Assembly: GCA_048594975.1 (NCBI GenBank)
Contig: JBMDXQ010000085.1
Span: 21,822-85,821 of the forward strand
DNA: 64,000 bases
Origin: Vicinamibacterales bacterium
Lineage (GTDB): Bacteria > Acidobacteriota > Vicinamibacteria > Vicinamibacterales > 2-12-FULL-66-21
Reading direction: 5' to 3'
The notes under the pieces are model-generated. The model saw only the letters and a program-made list of their open reading frames with translations. It was not told the DNA's origin and made no database searches. Shown here piece by piece: positions 10,246 through 26,454 of this stretch. How positions within the stretch are numbered: the stretch's first letter is position 1; each line of letters begins with the position of its first letter. A program made the position numbers and the translations under genes.

Positions 10246-11839
<1,594 letters not shown>

Positions 11840-11888
11840 GTTCGTCCCCGGAGGTCCGCCGCGACGCCGGCGGTCCCGCCGTTCCGCG

Positions 11889-12893
11889 CTATTTCCTGAT
11901 CTCCGGCCGCTCGTTCGACTGCGGCATCGTCTGGGGCGCGGTGGCGCCCGCCGCCGGCTCCGGCTGCTTGGTCAACGAGCGCACGTAGGCGATGAGCTGC
12001 AGCAGCTGTTCCTCGGTTACCAGCCCCTGGAATGTCGGCATGACCGGCTGGAAGCCGGCCACGACTTTCGCCTGCGGATTGACGATCGACTCGCGGATAT
12101 ACGCCTCGTCGGCAACCACCCGGCGGCCGTCCTGCAGTTCGACCGCCTTGCCGAACAGGTTCTGCAGCACCGGCCCGCGGCCCTGGGACTCCTGCTGATG
12201 GCATGTGACGCACGCCAGGTCGGTGAAGAGCCTCGCCCCCGCGGCGGCCGGCGAGTCCTCGCCCGTACCGCCGCTCAGCCACGCCTGGAAGTCGGCCGGT
12301 TCCATGGCCACCACCGAGCCGATCATCCCGGAGTGCTTCGTGCCGCAGTACTCGGCGCAGAAGAGGTGGTAGATCCCGGCCTTGGTGGCCGTGAACCACA
12401 TCGTGTTGTAGCGCCCGGGAATGACGTCCGCCTTGACGCGAAAGGCGGGAATGTAGAACGAGTGCAGGACGTCCTCCGAACCCATGATCAGCTTCACCGG
12501 CCGGCCCACCGGCACGTGCAGCTCGTTAATCTCCCGCTGCCCGCCCATGTGCTGGATCTTCCACATCCACTGCTTGCCGACGACGTAGACCTCCATCGCG
12601 CCGGGCGGCGGCCGGTAGAGATCGAAGAACACCTTGGCGCCCCAGCCGAACATCGTCATCACGACGAAGAACGGGATGATCGTCCAGAGCAGCTCCAGCG
12701 GAAGGGAGCCGTGGACGGGGACGCCGATCTCGTCCCTGTGCCGGCGGCGATACTTGACGGCGAACACCACCACCAGCGTCGCGATGAGCAGCGAGAAGAA
12801 GGCCGTCACGGCGACGAGGAAGAAGTAGACCGCGTCCACCTGCCCCGCCTGCTGCGACGCCTGCACCGGGAACAACGGGAGGTTCTTGAACAT
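11889..12893 (-). CDS. coxB: Cytochrome c oxidase subunit II with fused cytochrome c (caa3)
   Basis: DVLHSF and [12 protein letters not shown] CuA motif; C-terminal CVTCH...MP heme c domain. Confidence 0.96.
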   Translation of the reverse strand: MFKNLPLFPVQASQQAGQVDAVYFFLVAVTAFFSLLIATLVVVFAVKYRRRHRDEIGVPVHGSLPLELLWTIIPFFVVMTMFGWGAKVFFDLYRPPPGAMEVYVVGKQWMWKIQHMGGQREINELHVPVGRPVKLIMGSEDVLHSFYIPAFRVKADVIPGRYNTMWFTATKAGIYHLFCAEYCGTKHSGMIGSVVAMEPADFQAWLSGGTGEDSPAAAGARLFTDLACVTCHQQESQGRGPVLQNLFGKAVELQDGRRVVADEAYIRESIVNPQAKVVAGFQPVMPTFQGLVTEEQLLQLIAYVRSLTKQPEPAAGATAPQTMPQSNERPEIRK

Positions 12894-12923
12894 CTCAGTG
12901 GGTCTGCCTGAGTCCGCTGGCGC

Positions 12924-13793
12924 TCACGTTCTGTGCGCCGCCGCGGCTCGATGCGCCACGCGCTCGCGCCTCAGGCTCACGACCAGGAACGCAAGGAAGG
13001 CCAGCACCGTCGCCACCGCGCCGATTCGCACCAGGCCGAGCGCCGTCGCACCGTACTTCCCCGTCGCCGGGTCGTAGTGAAAGCAGAGCAGGAGCACGTC
13101 GTCCACCGGCGTACCGATGCGCTCCTCGGAGGCCTCGATGACCCCGAAGCGGATGTCCCGCGGCGAGTACTCGATGCCGTAGTAGTAGCGGGAGATCGTG
13201 CCCGTGGGCGTCAACAGCTCCACGCCCGCGCCGTGCGCGTACTGGCCGATGTCGGCGACGTACTCGTAGCGGAACCCGACCGCGTCGGCGAGCCGCCGGA
13301 TGTTCTCCTCGCGCCCGGTCAGGAAGTGCCAGCCCGCGGCCGTGTGCGTCCGGCCGTAGCGTTCGAGGTAGGCTGCCTTCTTCTGCGCGGCGAGGCCGGG
13401 ACCTTCGCGCGGGTTGATGCTCACGGCGACGACGTCGAACTCGCGGCCGACGTCGAACTTCAGCGTCGCCAGCGCGCTCACCAGGCCGTTCAGCACTTGC
13501 GTGCAGAGCATCGGGCATTCGTAGTACACGAGCGCGAGCATCACCGGGCGCGTGCCGAAGTACTCACGGAGCGCCACCTCGCGCCCCGTCTCCTCCATGA
13601 AGGGCAGGTCGAGCGGCACCTGGTGGTTCAGCCGCTGATCGATGCCGATCTTGCCGAGGACCCCGGGCTTCGCGCTCGCCGCATCGCCCGGCGCGTCTGC
13701 GGTAGGTCCGACGCCCTGCGCGGCAGCATGTGCGCCGGACAGGCTCATCGTCGCGGTCAGGATTGCGATAGCGACGGTCTTGCTGGAATTCAC
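12924..13793 (-). CDS. SCO1/SenC family protein
   Basis: YYECPMLC CxxxC motif; WHFLTG; YAH; position in the act-cox operon. Confidence 0.92.
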   Translation of the reverse strand: MNSSKTVAIAILTATMSLSGAHAAAQGVGPTADAPGDAASAKPGVLGKIGIDQRLNHQVPLDLPFMEETGREVALREYFGTRPVMLALVYYECPMLCTQVLNGLVSALATLKFDVGREFDVVAVSINPREGPGLAAQKKAAYLERYGRTHTAAGWHFLTGREENIRRLADAVGFRYEYVADIGQYAHGAGVELLTPTGTISRYYYGIEYSPRDIRFGVIEASEERIGTPVDDVLLLCFHYDPATGKYGATALGLVRIGAVATVLAFLAFLVVSLRRERVAHRAAAAHRT

Positions 13794-13818
13794 CCTTCGT
13801 GCCCTTCTTCCTCGTCAA

Positions 13819-13842
13819 CTTCCGACTGAAGGCGGAAGTGAC
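13819..13842 (-). repeat. REP-like palindrome
   Basis: Minus strand GTCA-CTTCCGCC-TTCA-GTCGGAAG, intergenic. Confidence 0.55.
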
Positions 13843-13891
13843 AACGTCACTTCCGAGCGCCGAGCGCTGGCCGCCCGTCCCGGCCCCCGGA

Positions 13892-14506
13892 CTAATGTCC
13901 TCCGGGCTTCTGCGGCGGCTTTGCCGCGCCCGGCTGCGCTCCGGGCTGCGGCATCGGTGGCGCCGGCCGTAATCCCGGCTGCGTCGAGCTGCCCGTCGGC
14001 GTCTGCTTGACGACCGCGTTCCGGCCCGACGACGCGTCGGACATGGCGGCAGCGCGCGTGCCGAGCCTCGGATCGACGGGCTCGCCGGCTCGCGCCGGCA
14101 GCCCCTTGTGGAGCAACAGCTTCTTCGCCTCGTCGAGCGGGATGCGCCCGATCCCCGCGCCGCGGTCCACCCAGTCGCCGCCCTCGAGGAGCTTCCGCTC
14201 CCGTTCGCGCTGCTTCTCGAGGGTGGCGGGCTCGTTCGTGAGCAGCCGCGGCTCGGGTGGCAGCTGCCCCGCGGGCGCGGCCAGCGGCGACAGCGGCGGG
14301 TCCGCGTTGGCCGCCTGGTTGTCCAGGAAGACGAACACGCCCCACATGGCGCCGGCGGCGACCAGCCCGACCGCCGTGAGCACGACGAGGAACACGATGA
14401 TCGCGCGGACGTTGATGTCGCTGTGCTCGTGCGCGACGTCCGGGTTGTGCAGCTCGCCGCCGGCCGGCTCGACACCGTCCGCCAGCGGATCAGTGGGCCG
14501 CGTCAT
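13892..14506 (-). CDS. ActG-like single-TM ACIII accessory subunit
   Basis: HEHSDINVRAII-TM-PPEPRL...WVD...RIPLDEA; lies between actF and sco. Confidence 0.7.
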   Translation of the reverse strand: MTRPTDPLADGVEPAGGELHNPDVAHEHSDINVRAIIVFLVVLTAVGLVAAGAMWGVFVFLDNQAANADPPLSPLAAPAGQLPPEPRLLTNEPATLEKQRERERKLLEGGDWVDRGAGIGRIPLDEAKKLLLHKGLPARAGEPVDPRLGTRAAAMSDASSGRNAVVKQTPTGSSTQPGLRPAPPMPQPGAQPGAAKPPQKPGGH

Positions 14507-15677
14507 GCGCGAAGGCCTCCTCGAAGTACGGGTCGCGGAAGGGGAGCAGCGGCCGGCTCCGCAACTGCCGCGCGAACACGAACAGCCAGGTGCCCATCAG
14601 GCCCGCCGGGATCGCGACATCCATCCAGTGCACCGGGAACCCCCCGTGCTCGCGCGTCGGAGCCACGAGCCAGATCAGATCCACCAGCCGCATGCCAATC
14701 ACCACCAGCGCCACCTTCGCGAGCAGGCTGGCGCGGTGCTTGAGGTCGCGGGAGAGCAGCAGCGCGAAGGGCAGCGCGAAGTGCCCGACGACGATGAGCA
14801 GCGCGACGACGCCCCAGCCGCCGCGCATGCGCTCGAGATACCAGGGGATCTCTTCCGGCAGGTTCCCGGACCAGATGATCAGGAACTGCGAGAACGCGAG
14901 GTACGCCCAGAGCATGACGAACGCGAGCAGCAGCTTGCCGAGATCGTGGAACTGCCGCGGGCCCACACGGTCGCCGAACGCGCCCGACGGGTAGACCGTG
15001 GCCAGGATCGCGATGGCGAACGCGAGCGACACCAGGGCCTGGCCGGCGACGGTCAGCAGGCCGAAAATCGTCGAATACCACTCCGGGTCGAGCGACATGA
15101 TCCAGTCCACGGACGCGAACGTCATCGTCAGGACGTAGGCCAGCAGGCCGGGGGCGCTGACCGCCCGGAACCGCACGGACTCGGCGGGCGTCGCGGCGCC
15201 GCCGCGGTCCTGCTCGGCCGACCACCGGTTCAGCAGCACGCTGCAGCCCAGCCAGATCGCGAAGTAGATCACCGCCCGGACGATGAAGAACTGCACGTTG
15301 AGGTAGGGCGCCTTGCTCCGCAGGACGGCGCTCGCCTGGACCGCTTCCGGGCGCGCCCACTCGAACAGGTCGCGCAGCCCGAAGAGCAGCGGGATGAACA
15401 TCAGCGCGACGACCGGCAGCGTGCGGCTCGCCGCCTCGAACACGCGGCGGGCGACGAGCCCCCACTGGCCGCCGGACATGTGCTGCAGCATCAGCAGGCC
15501 GAGCGATCCGAGTGCGAGGCCGAGGCAGAAGAGGAACCCGATCAGCCACGAGCGGAAGAACTGGTCGGCGTCGACCAACGCCCCGAGGACGGCCGCGGCG
15601 AGCCCCACCGCGCCGACGACGAGCGCGCGCTGCTGCAGGCGCGCGAGCGCGGGCACGTCGCTGAAGTCAGTCGCCAT
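14490..15677 (-). CDS. actF: Alternative complex III subunit F
   Basis: SVDWIMSLDPEWYSTIFG; HDLGKLLLAFVMLWAYLAFSQFLIIWSGNLPEE. Confidence 0.92.
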   Translation of the reverse strand: MATDFSDVPALARLQQRALVVGAVGLAAAVLGALVDADQFFRSWLIGFLFCLGLALGSLGLLMLQHMSGGQWGLVARRVFEAASRTLPVVALMFIPLLFGLRDLFEWARPEAVQASAVLRSKAPYLNVQFFIVRAVIYFAIWLGCSVLLNRWSAEQDRGGAATPAESVRFRAVSAPGLLAYVLTMTFASVDWIMSLDPEWYSTIFGLLTVAGQALVSLAFAIAILATVYPSGAFGDRVGPRQFHDLGKLLLAFVMLWAYLAFSQFLIIWSGNLPEEIPWYLERMRGGWGVVALLIVVGHFALPFALLLSRDLKHRASLLAKVALVVIGMRLVDLIWLVAPTREHGGFPVHWMDVAIPAGLMGTWLFVFARQLRSRPLLPFRDPYFEEAFAHDAAH

Positions 15678-16624
15678 CACTGCTTCTCCGCGCCGGCCGC
15701 GGGTTTCGTGCCGGTCAGCTTCGTCGGGTCGCTGCCGGGAATGTCCGCCGCCGGGGTGTGCTGGCTGAACTGCAGCGCCTTGATGTAGGCGACGATCGCC
15801 CAGCGGTCGCGGGGCGGGATCTGCGCGCGGTAGTCCGGCATCGCGCCGAGCCCGTTGGTCATGACGTCGAAGAAATGCCCCGGCGGCACCTGCCGCAGGC
15901 GGTCGATGTGGAACGAGGTGGGCTGCCGGTAGCCGCGCTGCACGACCATCCCGCGGCCGTTGCCGGTCGCGTCGTGGCACGGCGCGCAGAAGATGTTGTA
16001 TCGCTCCTCCCCGCGCTCGAGCAGCTTCTCGTCCACCGGGAACGGCAGCTCGGTGACGAGCGCGGTGCCGAGCTTGCCGGTAAAGAACGCCTCGTCTTCC
16101 TGCAGCGTGCCGCGGGCGACCGTGCCCTCGACGAGCGGCCGCGCGCTCGAGGCGTTGTCGAAGAACGGCGCCTCGCGCAACGGGCGGTACTTCGGCTGGT
16201 TGTGCATGTCCTGCCGGCAGCCGCTGATCATGGCGAGTGCGCAGACCAATGCGGGGACCAGTGCCGGTGTTCGAACACGGACGGTGCGCCGCCGAGCGAA
16301 ACGAAGGCGGCAAGCCCGCAGGACGCCCGCGCGCGAAGCGGGCGTACGCCAGCGGGGGTGGGGCCCCGCGAGCACTGAACAACGCTGACACCCCGCCCGA
16401 ACAACCCGGACGATCAATGCGGTTTCAAAACCTGCCTGGCGGGTCCTGGCTGCGAGCAGCCCCACCGCGTCGCACCCCACCGGGCACAACACGCCCGGCG
16501 GGGACGCCGCCTCCTCGCGCCGAACAGCACGGGGAGGGGGGACGGCGCTGCGGCGGGCGGCGGGGCGCTCCGCTCGCAGCCACCCGCGGGAGGTTTTGAA
16601 ACCCGTACTACGGTTCGACTTCAT
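15677..16624 (-). CDS. actE: Alternative complex III subunit E (monoheme lipoprotein); start uncertain because repeats occupy the 5' region
   Basis: Lipobox ISGC-RQDMHNQPKY; CAPCH; GAMP; RWAIVAYI. The frame is open back to ATG 16624, which overlaps the end of actD. Confidence 0.85.
   Translation of the reverse strand: MKSNRSTGFKTSRGWLRAERPAARRSAVPPPRAVRREEAASPPGVLCPVGCDAVGLLAARTRQAGFETALIVRVVRAGCQRCSVLAGPHPRWRTPASRAGVLRACRLRFARRRTVRVRTPALVPALVCALAMISGCRQDMHNQPKYRPLREAPFFDNASSARPLVEGTVARGTLQEDEAFFTGKLGTALVTELPFPVDEKLLERGEERYNIFCAPCHDATGNGRGMVVQRGYRQPTSFHIDRLRQVPPGHFFDVMTNGLGAMPDYRAQIPPRDRWAIVAYIKALQFSQHTPAADIPGSDPTKLTGTKPAAGAEKQ
16421..16603. mobile_element. MITE-like element with 13-bp perfect terminal inverted repeats
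   Basis: GGTTTCAAAACCT (16421-16433) / AGGTTTTGAAACC (16591-16603), plus inner IR TGGCTGCGAGC / GCTCGCAGCCA; 183 bp long. Confidence 0.7.
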
Positions 16625-17150
16625 GCACTTCCCTCGCGCCCAGGCCCCGCAGGAAGGCGCGCGTCCGATCCCGGTCGAACCTCTCGTCGGTCGCCTCGAT
16701 GACCAGGAAGAGGCGGTCACGGCTTCCGCCGCTCACGAACCGCTCGACGTTGAACACCGGGTGATACGGCATCGGCAGCCCGTTCAAGGCGAGCATCGCA
16801 ATCACCGCGGTGAACGCGGCCAGGAGGATCGTCGTCTCGAAGGTGATCGGGATGAACGAGGGCCAGCTGTTGAACGGGCGGCCCCCGACGTTCACCGGGT
16901 AGGCGACGACCGACGTCCAGTAGCACAGCCCGAAGCCGCCGAGCATCCCGGCGATGCCGCCGCCGAGCACCGCCAGCGGCAGCCGCCGATCGTGTGCCTC
17001 CAGCACGTCGAAGAGCTCGTGGATCGGAAACGGCGAGTACGCGTCGACGCGCCGATAGCCCTCCGCGCGGGCGCGGCGCGCCGCCTCGACCAGCGCGGCC
17101 GGCGTCGCGAACTCGGCCATGATCCCGTAGAGCGGCTGCTGCGCGACCAT
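16608..17150 (-). CDS. actD: Alternative complex III subunit D (DUF3341)
   Basis: YGIMAEF; DAYSPFPIH; GGRPFNSWPSFIPITFE. Confidence 0.93.
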   Translation of the reverse strand: MVAQQPLYGIMAEFATPAALVEAARRARAEGYRRVDAYSPFPIHELFDVLEAHDRRLPLAVLGGGIAGMLGGFGLCYWTSVVAYPVNVGGRPFNSWPSFIPITFETTILLAAFTAVIAMLALNGLPMPYHPVFNVERFVSGGSRDRLFLVIEATDERFDRDRTRAFLRGLGAREVHEVEP

Positions 17151-17153
17151 CGC

Positions 17154-18548
<1,395 letters not shown>

Positions 18549-18551
18549 GCG

Positions 18552-21833
<3,282 letters not shown>

Positions 21834-21868
21834 GTTGAGATTCGCTGCCGGTTCGTCCCCGCCCCGGC

Positions 21869-22528
21869 CTACCTGTGACACGTCGAGCAGCTGGTGAGCT
21901 GCTCCACGCTGGCGATGCCGTACTCCTTCACCAGCCGGGTGCCGAGGTCCGGGTCGTCTGCAGGCCGTCGCCACTGCATGTTGAACACCTGGTCGCGCGG
22001 GCGGACGTACTTCGCCGGGTTGCGGTGACAGTCGAGACACCACGACATCTGCAGCGACGCTTCCTGGTACATCAAGGGCATCCGGTCGACCGGACCGTGG
22101 CAGGTGTCGCAGCCGACCCCCTGCTTCACGTGGATGCTGTGATTGAAGTACACGAAATCAGGCAAGTCGTTGACACGGTTCCAGCTGAGCGGCCTGTTCT
22201 CGCGGAAGCTGGCGCGCACCGGCTCCAGGATTGGCGCCCGGTTCCAGATCTGCGAATGGCAGTTCATGCACGTCTTGGTCGGCGGGATGTTCGCAAACGC
22301 CGATTCCTCGACCGAGGTGTGGCAGTAGCGGCAGTCGATGCCCATGCCGCCGACGTGGTGCGCGTGACTGAACTGGATCGGCTGCTCGATGAAGTCGCCC
22401 TGGTTGGTGGTGTAGGCCGACAGGTGCAGCATGGCCACGACCCATCCCAGGAACGCCAGGAACGCCACCACCGCCAGAATGCTGAGCCGTGAATAGATGT
22501 TGGTGTGGCGGGGGAAGAGCTGACTCAT
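21869..22528 (-). CDS. actA: Alternative complex III subunit A (pentaheme cytochrome c)
   Basis: One TM and five CxxCH: CRYCH, CMNCH, CDTCH, CLDCH, CSTCH. Confidence 0.95.
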   Translation of the reverse strand: MSQLFPRHTNIYSRLSILAVVAFLAFLGWVVAMLHLSAYTTNQGDFIEQPIQFSHAHHVGGMGIDCRYCHTSVEESAFANIPPTKTCMNCHSQIWNRAPILEPVRASFRENRPLSWNRVNDLPDFVYFNHSIHVKQGVGCDTCHGPVDRMPLMYQEASLQMSWCLDCHRNPAKYVRPRDQVFNMQWRRPADDPDLGTRLVKEYGIASVEQLTSCSTCHR

Positions 22529-22656
22529 CGTGACGACATCCGCAACCGTGCGCCACCCCAAGCCTATCCGAACTGCCGGACGGACAGAAGCGCGCCGCAC
22601 CGCGGGACGTCGAACGCACGCTCACCGCGAGCCGCCAGCCGGGGGGACCGCCGTCA

Positions 22657-22685
22657 ATAATGTGAAACTATTCACAAAGTGTCAA
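22657..22685 (-). promoter_or_regulatory. Sigma70 promoter of the act-cox operon with an overlapping Rex/CRP-like operator
   Basis: Minus strand TTGACA-N17-CATTAT; palindrome TGTGAA-ACTA-TTCACA at 22661-22676. Confidence 0.75.
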
Positions 22686-22876
22686 ATGCGCGAGAGATCC
22701 TGCGACAAATCGCTCTTCGCCGCGATGCGGATCGTCCAGCCCACGGTTGCGACGGCAGCGAAAATGAAGAAACCAGGGCGGAGCGCGGGAGAATGCCAGG
22801 CGCGTGCAGGATGGGCAGCAGCCGCGCCGCCCTTCAGTCCCGGCGATTGCGGCGTTCGTGCGTTCCCACGACGGCG

Positions 22877-25327
22877 CTACTCAGCGCGAAGCGCATCGAC
22901 TGGTTCGATCGCCAGCGCGCGTTTCGTCGGTACGTAGGTCGCCGCGAGCGTGACGGCGATGAACAGAACGCACGCGCCGCCGAAGGTGAGCGGGTCGAGG
23001 CCAGTGAGGCCGTACAGGAGGCGCTCGAGCACCGTCGAGGCGAGCGCCGCGAGCGCGAGGCCGAGGGCGATTCCGGTGCCGGCAAGCGCCATCACCTGGC
23101 GCAGGACGAGGCGGCGGACCGCGCCCTGGGTGGCGCCGAGCGCCATACGGATGCCGATCTCCCGCGTGCGCCGGCTGACCGCGTATGACGTCACACCGAA
23201 GACGCCGACGGCGGCAAGCAGCAGCGCGACGATACCGAGGCTGCCCGCGACCGACACGGCGATGCGCTGCGGGATGAGCGAGACGGCGGTGATCTCGCGG
23301 AGGGGCATCGCCTCGGTGACTGGCAGGTTCGCGTTCATCGACCGGATGACCGACCGCATCGCGTTGATCGCGCTGCGTCCGTCGGACGTTCGCACCAGCA
23401 GGGACACTCGCTCGCTGTGGCGCTGCGCCAGCGGCACGTAGATATAGCCCTCCGCCGGCTCGTTCAGCCACATCAGCCGCGCGTCCGACGCCAGCCCGAC
23501 GATGGTGACAAACTGCCTGCTCGATCCGGCCGGGCTCGACGTCTCGAGCTGCTTGCCGATCGGGTCCTCGCCGGGCCAGATCGCCCGCGCGAGCGCCTCG
23601 TTGACGATCGCAACCGGCAGCGATGCGGCGGTATCGGCCGCCGTGAAATCGCGGCCGCGGACGAGCCGCAGCTTCAGCGTCGCGAAGAAGCCGGGCTCGA
23701 CCAGGTTCCAGTCGGCGGGGAACGCATCGCGGCCAGGCGGCGGCTGGACGCCCGGCGCGCGCACGCTGCCGAAGCCCATCCGGCCGCCATCGAGGGGGAG
23801 ATCGACGGCGGCCGACGCCGAGACGACGCCCGGGATGTGTGCGGCGCGCGTCACGGCGTCGCGGACGAACTCCGGGCCCGACGTGTCGGTGTAGCCGGCG
23901 AGCGAGAGGTCGAGCGACACCACGTCGACGTTGGCGTGGTCGAAGCCGGGGTCCACGTCGGCCGCGCGCTGGAGCGCGCGCATCAGCAGCCCGGCCGCGA
24001 CGATCAGGACAAGCGACGCCGTGATCTGCGCGACGACGAACACGTTCCGCAGCCGCGAGCGGTACCCGCCTCCGAACCCCTCGGACTTGAGCGCCGGCAC
24101 GAGGTCGGCGCCCGACGCCTGGAGCGCCGGCGCGAGCCCCGAGAGAATCGAGGCGGCGAGCGACGCCCCCGTGGCGAACGCGAGGACGCGCCAGTCCATC
24201 GGCACGTCGAGGGCGATTGGCACCGGTAGCTGCGGCAGGAGTGCGATCAGCAGCGACGTCAGCCAGGAGGCGAGCAGCACGCCGGCGAGGCCAGCCGCGG
24301 CAAACAGCAGCGCCGTTTCCGTCAGCAGCAGCCGCACGAGCCGGCCGCGTCCCGCGCCGATCGCAAGACGCACCGCGATCTCCCGGCGCCGCGCGGCGCC
24401 GCGCGCGAGGAGCATCCCCGTCACGTTCGCGCAGGCCGCGAACAGCACGAGCCCGGCGAGCGCCATCAGGATGGCCACGAACGCGGCTACGGCGCTGATC
24501 TGTCCCGGGATCACGGCGGCGCGCGCCGCGCGGAACCCGATGTCGCGGTTCGACGACGGGTATTCGCGCGCGAGCGCGGCGCCGATCGCCTCCAGCTCGG
24601 CGTTCGCCTGTCCCAGCGTGGCGCCAGGCGTGAGGCGCCCGCCCATCACCAGCCAGTTCGCGTCGCGCGCCGCGGGCAGGTCCGGCGACAGTCGCGGGGC
24701 GGCCGCGCGGCGCGCCGAGATCGGCGCCCATAGATCCGGCTCGAGGATCGTCGTGCCGCGGAACCCCGGCGGGGCGACGCCGACCACGACAAACGCGTGG
24801 CCGTTGAGCGTGACCGTGCCGCCGACGATCGCATGTTCCGCCGCGAACCGCCGCTGCCACAGCCCGTAGCCGATGACCGCAACCGGCCCGGCCCCCTCGC
24901 GGTCGTCGTCGTTCCCGAGCAGCCGTCCGGCGTACGGCTGCGTGCCCAGCACCTCGAAGTAGTTTGCGCTGACGATGGTGCCGTAGATGCGCTCGGCGCC
25001 GTCCGCGCCGCCGAGGCTCATGGGCATCGGTTCGATGCGCGCCGCGAAGACGTCGAGCGTCCGCGACCGTTCGCGGATGTCGCGGTAGTTCAGGTACGAC
25101 GTCGTGTCGAATCCTTCGCCGCGACGCGTGCGCCCGATGTCCACGAGACGGTGCGGCGCCGCCAGGCCCGGCAGCGGTCGCAGCAGCAGGGCGTTGGCGA
25201 CCGAGAAAATCGCCGTGTTCGCGGCGATGCCGATGGCGAGCGACAGCACGCCGATCGCCGTGAACCCCGGCGCCTTCCGCAGCAGTCGTGCCGCGAACCG
25301 CACGTCCTGCAGCCATCCCTGCATCAT
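22877..25327 (-). CDS. ADOP-type duplicated ABC permease (2x MacB_PCD/FtsX)
   Basis: QDVRFAARLLRKAPGF...LAIGIAANTAIFS; ACANV...RRREIAVRLAIGAGR; RTREIGIRMALGA; no adjacent ATPase gene. Confidence 0.92.
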   Translation of the reverse strand: MMQGWLQDVRFAARLLRKAPGFTAIGVLSLAIGIAANTAIFSVANALLLRPLPGLAAPHRLVDIGRTRRGEGFDTTSYLNYRDIRERSRTLDVFAARIEPMPMSLGGADGAERIYGTIVSANYFEVLGTQPYAGRLLGNDDDREGAGPVAVIGYGLWQRRFAAEHAIVGGTVTLNGHAFVVVGVAPPGFRGTTILEPDLWAPISARRAAAPRLSPDLPAARDANWLVMGGRLTPGATLGQANAELEAIGAALAREYPSSNRDIGFRAARAAVIPGQISAVAAFVAILMALAGLVLFAACANVTGMLLARGAARRREIAVRLAIGAGRGRLVRLLLTETALLFAAAGLAGVLLASWLTSLLIALLPQLPVPIALDVPMDWRVLAFATGASLAASILSGLAPALQASGADLVPALKSEGFGGGYRSRLRNVFVVAQITASLVLIVAAGLLMRALQRAADVDPGFDHANVDVVSLDLSLAGYTDTSGPEFVRDAVTRAAHIPGVVSASAAVDLPLDGGRMGFGSVRAPGVQPPPGRDAFPADWNLVEPGFFATLKLRLVRGRDFTAADTAASLPVAIVNEALARAIWPGEDPIGKQLETSSPAGSSRQFVTIVGLASDARLMWLNEPAEGYIYVPLAQRHSERVSLLVRTSDGRSAINAMRSVIRSMNANLPVTEAMPLREITAVSLIPQRIAVSVAGSLGIVALLLAAVGVFGVTSYAVSRRTREIGIRMALGATQGAVRRLVLRQVMALAGTGIALGLALAALASTVLERLLYGLTGLDPLTFGGACVLFIAVTLAATYVPTKRALAIEPVDALRAE

Positions 25328-25528
25328 CGTCTCGGTCTCCGGCCGCGGATACCTGACGCTAATACGCGCGACGCGGCGGACGGTTTCGCTGCCGGTCGTG
25401 GCCGGTGCCCATCCGAAGCGCAGGAGGGCAGCCGGACAGGTCCTCCCCTTCTCTCCTCCTCTTGTTCATGCTGCAACCCGAGAAACGAGCGACGAGGTCC
25501 AGCGTCGGGCAGCACGCTCACACGTCGT

Positions 25529-26005
25529 TCACGAACCGGCTTCGATACGGTCGTGCGCGTGGGCGTCCTCGACGGATCGATCGCGGTCGACGACGAGATC
25601 CGGGAACCGCTGCCGGAACGATTCGGCGACCTGGCACGTCGAGCAGAGCGGCAGCTCCGTCTCGAGCATCCCCGACAGACCCGTGTTCGGAATCTCGTCC
25701 CACGAATGGGCTTTGTGTGTCTCCGGATTCCAGAGGCCCGGCTTCAATCCTGTCCGGTGCACCGGAGGAATCGGCCGCTTGCAGATCGCGCACTCCTTGC
25801 CGTCGAAGTAGCGCTTCAACAGTTCGGTCGTGGCGCTGTCGTGCGGCAGGATGGCGGCGTGGGCCGCCTCCAGCGCATGGGCGCCGTCGCGTTCGGCATC
25901 CGGTGCGCCCTCTGCACCAGCCTTGAACCACCGAAGGGTATAGGCGAGGCCTCCACCAACGGCCACGCCGGTGACGACGAGGACGACGAGCAGGGACAGG
26001 GTCAT
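25529..26005 (-). CDS. Membrane-anchored hypothetical protein with two CxxC motifs
   Basis: SD GGGAGG; N-terminal TM; ECAICK and LCSTCQ. Confidence 0.75.
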   Translation of the reverse strand: MTLSLLVVLVVTGVAVGGGLAYTLRWFKAGAEGAPDAERDGAHALEAAHAAILPHDSATTELLKRYFDGKECAICKRPIPPVHRTGLKPGLWNPETHKAHSWDEIPNTGLSGMLETELPLCSTCQVAESFRQRFPDLVVDRDRSVEDAHAHDRIEAGS

Positions 26006-26071
26006 CGCGTGCCTCCCGGTTCCAACAGGATTCCGACGCCGGAGTCTCCGCAGTGCCACTCGCGAGCGGAT

Positions 26072-26156
26072 ATTCTAGTCAATTCGCCCGCGCCGTTCGA
26101 GGCCGGACCGCGGGGACGTCACGTGCTTGACAACCCGTGGGCAGGAGTCATACGTT
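26072..26156. promoter_or_regulatory. Candidate divergent sigma70 promoters
   Basis: Plus strand TTGACA(26127)-N18-TACGTT; minus strand TCGAAC-N17-TAGAAT (26100 to 26072). Confidence 0.5.
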
Positions 26157-26454
26157 GCCGCTTCACGTCGCCAGCCAGCGAGCGCGTCCCCGCAACCTGT
26201 TCGCGCGACGTTCAGCCGATCATCACGCAGGTATGAGCATGGAGCAGTCTCCCGAGGGCACCGCCCCGGCGCCCCGCCGCCGCCCCTTCGTCGATCCCGA
26301 CCGGACCGGCGAACATGGATTCGCGACGCCGGTCCGACGCGGGGGCCCCGACCCATTGCCCGCGCACCGATGACACCCGAGGTCGCCACTCGCTCGGCCG
26401 ACGAGGACATCCGTCTCGAAGCTCCGCGCGGCCGGCGCGCGAGGAGGAAGCTCG

